Source: Octopus sinensis
Lineage: Eukaryota
Length of the DNA stretch: 64,000 nt
Assembly: GCF_006345805.1 (NCBI RefSeq)
Contig: NC_042999.1
Location: 17,112,001 to 17,176,000 of the forward strand
Reading direction: 5' to 3'
Every line of letters begins with the position of its first letter. Position 1 is the first letter of the stretch. Shown in pieces: positions 54,204-64,000 of the stretch. Under the pieces are notes generated by a model. It made no database searches and was not told the DNA's origin. It worked only from the letters and a program-made list of their open reading frames with translations. A program made the position numbers and the translations under genes.

Positions 54204-54374
54204 CTAACGTATAAATACGTATGTATGTGTGGATGTGTGTATGTGCGTATATGTGTATGTCTGGGCATCAGCACATGTCTGTATTTCTATATATCTATCT
54301 ATAAGTATTGAATATTTACAGGTATTTGTGTATGTGCATATATATCTATATACCGACACATTCATATATCTATG

Positions 54375-54412
<38 letters not shown>

Positions 54413-55020
54413 GATGTGTGTGTGGATGTGGGTGTTTTTTATGTGTGTGTGTTTGTGTGTATGTATGTTGCTCGCCGTCTTGAATTCTGCAATGGAAGGC
54501 TGAGATATATCCCAAAGAAAACACAAACACGTCGTTACATAAACACGTACTTATCAATCTTTGTCTTTTGTTGTGTGTATCTCCACGCACACACAAACAC
54601 ATCTGCATCTATGTGTGTCTCTTTGTGTGTGTTCTAATTTTTGTGCAAATGAGCAGTTTACGCCGTTGAACATTCTCTTCAGAAATTTTCGATTTGCGCA
54701 ACAAAGATTTATACAATTTCCATATGTATTTCACCCAGCAGCTTTCACTCTTACTATTAACAGTGCTTGGTAATGTCTCAGTACCCACCCAGTCTTATAT
54801 ATGTAATCAGTATATCAGTCTAATAATACCCGCTGTAACCGTACAGTTATGAATCATTCGTTCATTCTAAAATCTCTGGCTTTGGCGTATCTACCTCTCT
54901 ATTAACCATAAGGAAAATTATTTGCTCTTGTATGATGTTCACCTCTAAATTCAAGCCAGCTAGGACAACATAGATTTAGTTGTAGATCCAGAATCCCTTA
55001 TCTTCTTGAGATATATCTTT

Positions 55021-55201
55021 GCTGTGTGGTAAGTAGCTTGCATACGAACTACATGGTTCCGGTTCAGTCCCACGGCGGGGGACACCTTGGGCAGGTGTCT
55101 TGTACTATAACTTCGGACCGCCCAACGCCTTGTGAGTGGATTTGTTAGACGGAAACTGAAAGACGCCCTTCGTATATATGTAATGTATATGTATATAATA
55201 T

Positions 55202-55252
<51 letters not shown>

Positions 55253-55279
55253 GTATGTATATATATATATATATATATG

Positions 55280-55349
<70 letters not shown>

Positions 55350-55502
55350 ATATATGTATATATATATATGATTGATTGATTGATTCTAGTTTCAGATTAT
55401 GAGCTGTGGCCATGCTGGGGCACCGCCATTTGGTGTTGCTACTTGGTTTTACTTCACGAAAGCTTTTTAGCAACTGCCATTTGGTGCATATGTATATATA
55501 TA

Positions 55503-55578
<76 letters not shown>

Positions 55579-55774
55579 TTGTGTTTCTCCCTCTAACTTC
55601 GCTTGACAAGAGGTGCTGGTGTGTTTACGTCCCCGTAACTTAGCGGTTCGGCAAAAGAGACCGATAGTACTAGGCTTACAAAGAATAAGTCCTGGGGCGA
55701 TTTTCTCGACTAAAGGTGGTGCTCCAGCATGGTCACAGTCAAATGACTGAAACAAGTAAGAGAGTAAAAGAGTA
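55021..55774 (+). mobile_element. SINE family C with expanded internal microsatellite and an insert
   Basis: Homologous to 46950-47422. Confidence 0.88.
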
Positions 55775-56504
55775 TCGTATTATTTTTGTCCTATCTAACG
55801 CAATATACACTTCATACTTCAGACACCACCGTCCATTAGATGGCTCCAGACGTCTTTCTTGAATTATAATTCTCACAACATACAAGGCCGCTTTGTCTTG
55901 GGACAATATCGGAAGAACAGCGTACCATTTCCTTATTGTTCGGGTGCGAGACTACTTACTCCCCAAACAACCGAATTGAGCAGTCATTTCTGTTGTTCTA
56001 ACATAAGGCTCTTGCCTTGAGATTGCTTATATTTCTGAATTAGGATTTCTTAATTCCCTTGCAGAAATAATTAGGATACATGCCCAGTATTGTTTCTCGT
56101 TCCATTGATAATTGTGCAATGCAGCTTTATTCATATCATTAAGATGACAGAGAACTAAATAATGTCATGGGAAATGAAATACTGCCACGATATGAACTAA
56201 CGTCATATAACGTCGGTCTGTTGTAAGTTAGAAGCCTCCAGTTAATACTTTTCACGGATGAAAGGACATGACATTTGGATATCAAAGTGACTTTATCTGG
56301 GTGCATCCATTGAACACGTTTCTGTTCACAATAGATTTCTTCCGTAAAATCTTGTGAATAAAGCTCATATGCATCGGATTCTCAGCCTCGTTGCTTCTAT
56401 CAATACGTTGAATAACTTCTGAACTAGATATTCCATTCCATTTCATTATGTGAAGGGTTTGGAGAACACTCAAAGGTGGTATATCCTGCGGAGAAGAGAA
56501 CGTC

Positions 56505-56913
56505 TCTCTCTTTACTCTTTTTTACTCTTTTACTTGTTTTAGTCATTTGACTGCGGCCATGCTGGAGCACCACCTTTAGTCGAGAAAATCGACCCCGGGA
56601 CTTATTCTTTGTAAGCCCAGTACTTATTCTATCGGTCTCTTTTGCCGAACCGCTAAGTTACGGGGACGTAAACACACCAGCATCGGTTGTCAAGCGATGC
56701 TAGGGGGACAAACACAGACACACAAACACACAAAAACATATACATACATACGACAGGCTTCTTTCAGTTTCCGTCTACCAAATCCACTCACAAGGCATTG
56801 GTCGGCCCGGGGCTATAGCAGAAGACACTTGGCCAAGATGCCACACTGTGGGACTGAACCCGGAACCATGTGGTTGGTAGACAGGCTACTTACCACACAG
56901 CCACTCCTGCGTC
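56505..56913 (-). mobile_element. SINE family C, full length
   Basis: Reverse complement of 46950-47422. Confidence 0.92.
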
Positions 56914-57268
56914 TGTGATGGAATAACAAACAAGTTAACGTTGTATATGAAGATGAGTGTGCAAAAGAAAATCGTACTCTGGAGCACCCAATATTGATTG
57001 TATGTTGACCACTTAGAACACCATGACCAATCACTCCATGACCAATCAGCTCTCTGTGCTGTACGTATAAAACTTGAGAGACTGGGAAATCAGCAGACGA
57101 AAACTTCACTGACAGCAAGCGCAACTGCGCAATTTTCGTCACATTTCCTTAAAATGACAGGGTGATATTCAAGGAAAATGAACAGACTTTAAACCCTCTG
57201 TATTTCGACTGATCATGTGTGAAGCAGGAGCAGCAGCAGGAGAAGTGGTAAGAATATGTTACAATGAC

Positions 57269-57318
<50 letters not shown>
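57269..57318. repeat. (TAG)n microsatellite followed by a family C SINE 3' fragment (57345-57505)
   Basis: Read directly from the sequence. Confidence 0.9.
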
Positions 57319-57587
57319 CATCAGCTACTACTAATGGTGATGGTGATGTTGCGTCCCCGTAACTTAGCGGTTCGGTGGAAGAGACCGATAGAAGAAGAAC
57401 CAGATGTAAAAAATAAGTACAGGGATCAATTCATTTGACTAAAAATTGAAGGTGGTGCCCCAGCATGGCCGTAGTCTAACGACTGAAACAAATAAAAGAA
57501 AAAGAAAAAATATATATATGCGCACTGTATTTATATTTCAGCATATCTATACACATTTACATGAATAAATATATACGTATATATTCT

Positions 57588-57666
<79 letters not shown>

Positions 57667-58333
57667 CACACACACAAATATATTTATATCTTTCTGTATG
57701 TGTGTATGCATGTATATATGTATATATATATATGTATGCCTGAAGAGGTAGAATTGTTGAAGGTAATTCTTTGATGTGTTCAACTCTGTTTCCTTTTTTT
57801 TTCACACTCTATTTCCAGTGGTGTCAACTTCGACTTTCATCCTTCTCAACGGAGAGAAAAATACTTTCGATTTTTCCGAGAGTGATTTATTGAACTAAAC
57901 AGATCCACTGCAATTCTTTGGCCCTCTGACAATGTAACGTATGCCTGCGTTTATTGAAGCGTGACATCAGCCAAGCGTGTATGGCATCAACATTTCCTAT
58001 TTCCTCGATGATATTCGACGCACCCTTTAACATCTCAAGGTTTGTATGGATGTTCTATGCAACGGGGACCAGAATTTTACAGATTTGGAACTACTGTAGC
58101 CAACGGAGAAATAAAAGCCCCCTTCTCTTGTTTTGCTAAACGTCGCTGCCAGTTTTCCCTCTGATCAGATTATGTTAGTTTAGAAGGAAAGGGATACATT
58201 TGATAGTATAGGATCAAAGAAACTCTGCTATAAAGATCAGGGCAGTGTCTCGGAATAAATTTTCTTATAGAAATGCCTTATCAGAACAGGGCTCAAACGA
58301 AATGACAGCACTGCCAATAACATACAAGGTGAA

Positions 58334-58756
58334 GGCGGTGAGGTGGCCGAAATGTTAGCACGCTGGGCGAAATGCTGAGCGATATTTCGTCTGCCGTTAC
58401 GTTCTGAGTTCAAATCCCACCGAGGTCGACTTTGCCTTTCATACTTTCGGGGTCGATAAATTAAGTACCTGTTACGCACTGGGTTCGATGTAACCGACTT
58501 AATCCCTTTGTCTGTCCTTGTTTGTCCCCTCTATGTTTAGCCCCTTGTGGGCAATAAAGAAATAACAATGGCCGGGCAAAATGCTTAGTGGTATTTCGCT
58601 TGTCTTTACATTCTGAACTCAAATACCGCCGAAGTCCACTTTAGCTTTCATCCTTTCAGGGTCGATAAATTAAGTATCAGTTGCGTACTGGGGTCGGTCT
58701 AATGGACTGGCCTGCTTCCCCCAAATTTACGGCCTTGTGCCTACAGTAGAAAAGAA
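58334..58756 (+). mobile_element. SINE family B, dimeric form
   Basis: Homology to other copies; TSD AATAAyATACAAGGTG. Confidence 0.9.
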
Positions 58757-58761
58757 TAATA

Positions 58762-60176
58762 TACAAGGTGGTATCAAAACGTTCCAGAACTGTTTTTGTA
58801 GCGCGCCAGCGAATGGCAGTACACGATTGTTTGCGCAAGGCGAGGTGGCAATGACCATCTTGAGGCAGTGGACCTAGTGATATCGCTGCGTTTACTTGGC
58901 AAGCTGTGAAATTTGTGTCTTTGTAATAACGTGTATCCTGTTGTCTGTGATTTTGTCATGTACAGAAATTTGGAGCAAAATCTAATGTGAAATTTTGCGT
59001 TAATCTTGAGAAGTCTGCTACAGAGGCATGGAGCATGCTTCATCAAGCTTACAGTGACAAGGCAATGGGTTGCACGCAATGGTTCGCGGAGCACGGGTGC
59101 TTCAATAGCAGAAGAAGGTCCCTATATGACGATGGGCGATTTGGAAAACCTTCCAAACCTTCCAAATCGTCAGGCACGAGTTCTACAGCGATGTTTTGAA
59201 GCGTCCAAGGGAGGAGATTCGGCAAAAGTGACCGCAACCATGGATGCCGAAGAATTGGATATTTTATTTACCTTTATGCACGTGTATTATCTAAGGCCAA
59301 GTGTTTCATGATAGCATTACTTACAAACAAAAGAATCATTACATCTCAACATAGTTTCCTAATGGATTGTTGCTATTAAATATCTAGATATGGCATTATC
59401 GTTATCTGTTCTTATCGGATACGAGAGCGAAATATGACATCCGTCTTTGGAATCAGAATTATAGAATGAAATGTGGGCGAGAATTCCAATTAAATGCATC
59501 GAAATACGATGCATCCAATTAAATGCACTTGGTCTTAGATAATACACGTGCTTAAAAGTCAGTAAAAAATCTTCAGGCTCCACGAATGCGGTGGCTTTTG
59601 CCGAATCTCCTCCCTCGAACACTTCAAAATTAATTTTTACTGATTTTTTACTCATGAATCTCTCGCCCAAAATAACATGGCATTGCTTCTGTCCCCGCCC
59701 TATTCCCCAGATTTAGCGCCTGCGGACTTCCAAAATGCAGGTCAATATCACTGTTTTGTTACTGTTGTCCAGACCCAGAGCGAATCGCAGAAGATCATCC
59801 CCGCGCTTACAGAAAACGACTTCTAGGCGGGATTCCTAATGTGACAGGAACGCTGGGGCCGGTGTATTGCTGAGCAAGGTGATTATTTCGAAGGAAATTA
59901 AACATTAGTCCGGGAACGTTTTAATACTTATTTCTTTACTACCCACAAGGGGCTAAACACAGAGCGGACAACCAGGGACAGACATAGGTATTAAGTCGAT
60001 TACATCGATCCCAGTGCGTAACTGGTACTTAATTTATCGACCCCGAAAGGATGAAAGGCAAAGTCGACCTCGGCGGAATTTGAACTCAGAACGTTACGGC
60101 ACACGAAATACGGCTATGCATTTCGCCCAGCGTGCTAACGTTTCTGCCAGCTCGCCGCCTTTAAGACCACCGCGGA
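58762..60176 (+). mobile_element. Deleted and rearranged mariner transposon
   Basis: Left TIR TACAAGGTGGTATCAAAACGTTCCAGAACT; right TIR AGTCCGGGAACGTTTTAATAC[SINE]CACC; N-terminal KFCVNLEKSATEAWSMLHQAY...DDGRFGKPS (58987-59155) and YSPDLAPADF (59701-59730). Confidence 0.88.
59927..60159 (-). mobile_element. SINE family B inserted in the mariner right TIR
   Basis: Homology to other copies; TSD TTTAATAC/TTTAAGAC. Confidence 0.9.
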
Positions 60177-60947
60177 AATATTGAGCTTGGTTCGAAAGCA
60201 TGGATTTCAATCAGCTTCATGGTGACTGACGAACTCTCATGGTAGACTGAATATTTTGCTTCGTTTGGTGATAGAAATTTTTGGCGTTGGAGGATCTCCC
60301 AACACACACATATGCGAGTGCACTCAGAAACATACACATCGAAATACAATAAGTGAAAGAGACAGACAGAATAATGTATTTATTTAATATGATTGACATC
60401 AGCACTTTCCTTCTCCTCAAACATATCGACAGAAGTGTGTTCACAAACATTAAATGATCGATAGACAGTAAGAGAGAGAGAGAGAGAGAGGGGAGGGGGA
60501 AGAAGAGATAGAAAACGAAAGATGAATTAAAATGCTTCATGTCAAAGAAGTCTGGGTTGAATCAATGGCGCCAATTAGGCGGCACCTAAATGATTATGCC
60601 AAAATATCTCCAGCCCTCGTCTAACTAAATATGTATTTCAAATTCTGCTAGCTTTAATATTGTAATAATCTGGATAGTGGTAATCAAAGGAATCTGCCAA
60701 ACCTAATTTACCAACTAAGAATTTGTAAATAATAAACACCTTTGCACTTTTACCTGATTCAATCACTGAACTGCAGACATGTTAGGGCACCGCCTAGAAG
60801 GATTTTCTCGGAAAAGACGACCCAAATACTTACATTTTGGCCTTTATTTTATCAGTCACTTTTGCCGAATCGCTGGTTTAACGGATGTAAATAGTGAAAC
60901 GGCAATTTTGAAGCGGTTACAGAGCCCTCGCCATATATATATATATA

Positions 60948-61173
60948 TTCTTTTATTCTTTTATTTGTTTCAGTCATTTGACTGCAGCAATATCAGAGCT
61001 CCGCTTTAATTGAAGAAATCCACCCCCAGTACTTATTCTTTTAAGCCTAGTACTTATTCTATCGGTCTTCTTTGCGGAACCCTTAAGTTTCGGTGATGTA
61101 AACTCACCATTACCGCATCAGTTGTCAAGCAATGATAGGGGGACAAACACTGTCACACAAATACATACATGCA

Positions 61174-61253
<80 letters not shown>

Positions 61254-61256
61254 TAT

Positions 61257-61325
<69 letters not shown>

Positions 61326-61338
61326 ATATATATGTATG

Positions 61339-61379
<41 letters not shown>

Positions 61380-61570
61380 ATATATATATATATTATATAT
61401 ATATATACGCCGGGGTTCTTTTACTTCCGTCTGCCAAATCCACTCACAAGACTTTGATCGGTCCAAGGCTATAGTAGAAGACATTTGCCGAAGGTGCCAC
61501 GCAGTGAGACTGAAACCGGAACCATGTTGTTGGGAAACGAACTTTATACTACACAACCACTCCTGCGCCT
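60948..61570 (-). mobile_element. SINE family C
   Basis: Homology to other copies; internal TA tract. Confidence 0.85.
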
Positions 61571-61893
61571 ATGTGTGTGTGTGTGTACGTGTGTGTGCGT
61601 GTGTATATGTGCATGTATGCATGTGTATGTAAGTATGTATGTACTCGAGAGTATAGGCAGATATTAATAACAGACTCAGTTTAAACGAAATTGCTTAACT
61701 ATATCTAATAATCAAACGCTAGCAAATGCAAACAGAATACACATCCAAGTTAGTTCTTCATTTATGACACGTAAATTCAAGTATCATTTAGATGAACTTA
61801 AATAAATTTAGAGTATTAGACAGACAGATAGATAGATAGTGTTATATTTCTCTAGTTTATTTACAAAGAGTAGAGTAATAATCCAGGTAGGTG

Positions 61894-62330
61894 TGTTGTA
61901 TGTGGTTCAATATCCTTCTTTCGTTTACTCTCAAAGAAGAAAACACAGTAGTACTCCAGACAAGCATGACGTTTGTTTATTCCACCTGTAAAACTCAAGA
62001 CTGAAATAACAACGTATACAAAAATGCAGCTCGCGAGTTCCAGAATTTTGAATTCTATTGGATAGTGATCTCCACAACACCTTCCCAGCGAAAATGATGC
62101 AACGCTACAAGAATCAACAATAAAGACTTTCTAGGTTTGGGTGTTCTTTTGGATCGTCGAGAGTTGTCATGTTTATACTCTGGTACAAGCAGTTTCGTTT
62201 TGGATAGGAGTGGTCTGGTCTGTCTCTGAGACTGTGGCACTTCTTCCAGGATTTCCATTGGATGAGATGTTGGAAGCTAGGAAATATTACCAGTCTTATC
62301 GTCAGGTTCGCAGTCCCCTGCAGAAGTGTA
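61894..62330 (-). mobile_element. 3' end of an LTR retrotransposon (Gypsy-like): pol tail, polypurine tract and 186-bp LTR
   Basis: LTR 61894-62079 bounded by TGTTGT...ACAACA with AATAAA on the minus strand; GGGAAGG immediately upstream; upstream frame contains SRRSKRTPKPRK, like integrase C-terminal tails. Confidence 0.65.
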
Positions 62331-62430
62331 GAAAGATAGATAGATAAATAGATAGATAGATCGATATATATATATATATAATATATATATATATATGTAT
62401 ATATTATATATATATATATATATATTATAT

Positions 62431-62467
<37 letters not shown>

Positions 62468-64000
62468 TATAGATAGATAGATAGATATAGATAGATAGAT
62501 AGATAGATAGATAGATTGATAGGCCTCCAAATGGCAATCTCTGTGTATGTTCTTGTAAAACATTGAAAACTGCATTATTTACTTTGAGAGAAACTCTTAT
62601 ATGGATGCAGGCTGCATGAAAGCAAATATTTATACAGTTGTCAGACGATAACTGTTTGCTACGGACGCTAAAACTGAGAGATCACAGGATTTTCACATAC
62701 TAGGTGTCTCCTCTGTGACAGACATCCGGCAGCCGCTAATAGCCGAATCCCACTGCCAATGATATTTAGAATTTCAGTGTCTTTACAGGTTCGGACGAGT
62801 TTAAAAGACATAAGGTTCGTAAAAATAAACTTAATACAGGAGCAGTATTAACTTTATATCTTTATATCTTTATATCTAACTTAAATTGGTTAAATACCAC
62901 GTTATTTGCCGAGATGACTTTCCATAATGATGCATGGTGCATAAAAGCACACACATGTATATCGTTGGCGCCCGTAGCAGACGAGAATTTTCTGCCAACG
63001 ATATAAATACGAGTACTTTTATATACCATGCGTCCGTATGGAAGTTCCTCTTAAGGTAATTAACGCGCTGTTCATTGTTCTTAAAAAACATCCCCGTTAG
63101 TTAGAGTGTAGAGATTGTATGGTGGTATTAATACTACTTCTGTCACTAATAACCACATGCTTTCATATTCTTTCCTTCTATCAAATTCATACAAATTACA
63201 TTACTCGACTCGGGCTTTTTATTCCCACTAGAGCTAAACCCGAAACCTCACAGCCATGCTTGCGTCTCTCAACGTCTGAATACAACAATATTTTTCGTAA
63301 ATTTCTAGAATGTGAATTATATATAAATCCACACTCTTTTGTCAATTGTTACCAACAATGTCTACGCGGTAGATACGAATATTTCATTACTTTACACCAG
63401 GGAACCTTTTAATACATGCCGCTCAGTACAATTATATCAGCTAGAATGCTGTGTATGTTGTTTTCTATCACAGCTGCTTATAAAGCAACGATAAATGACA
63501 GTATATATTTGGTCATATAGCGAATACCTAAAAGTACATAATTCTAGAAATCATTTATTAATATATAATATATTTAGCTTTCACCTTATGATATAAGGTA
63601 TAATTTTAACATCAATAATGTATCTCAGACAAAATTGCAATCTCCATAAATACCGTATACTTCTCGCTTTTATAACACTTTCCAATTCTGGCATATAATA
63701 TACACACATTAAATATATCTGTATATGTAACATGTGTACGTGTGAGTGTGTGCATATCTGTGAGTCTGTAAATGGCTGCAGAGAGACGGAGAGTGTGTTA
63801 AAAGCTGAAGTGTATATATAATGCAGTAAGAGTGAGAATATATTGAGGAAAGACAGGTGTAGATTGCATTGTTAGAATTTACTTCATATTACAAGCTAGT
63901 TTAATTGATGGTTGAAGGGATTATTTTCTTCTGAATTTTGATCCCCCATAGACTATACACATAGTGTGTGTGTGTGAGTGCTAGTTTATGTGAGTGTGTG

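Noticed and set aside
56282-56500. Minus-strand acceptor-like TTCTCTTCTCCGCAG followed by a short open frame
   Set aside because: No recognisable protein similarity or partner exons; cannot be supported without transcript data.

Overview
AT-rich, microsatellite-saturated eukaryotic DNA, most likely intronic or intergenic sequence from an octopus (inferred from recalled octopus SINE families, not from a database search). I recognise no intact host protein-coding gene, and most ORF-track entries are artefacts of (TA)n, (CA)n, (AAT)n and (CCTT)n tracts. Mobile DNA dominates the window: about 25 tRNA-derived SINE copies from several modular families, three non-autonomous Helitrons, mariner remnants, RTE and R4/Dong LINE fragments, a Gypsy-type LTR end and two GGATC-ended elements carrying telomeric repeats. 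The most striking signal is a cluster of Penelope-like (PLE) derivatives inserted in (TA)n tracts. Six of them are fold-backs (inverted pseudo-LTR plus a unique 3' tail). At least five sequence-distinct families carry type I hammerhead ribozyme motifs, several with variant cores (U3-A8, A6U, long loop 2). One copy keeps a Neptune-type GIY-YIG endonuclease pseudogene. All coordinates were read by eye and may be off by a few bases.
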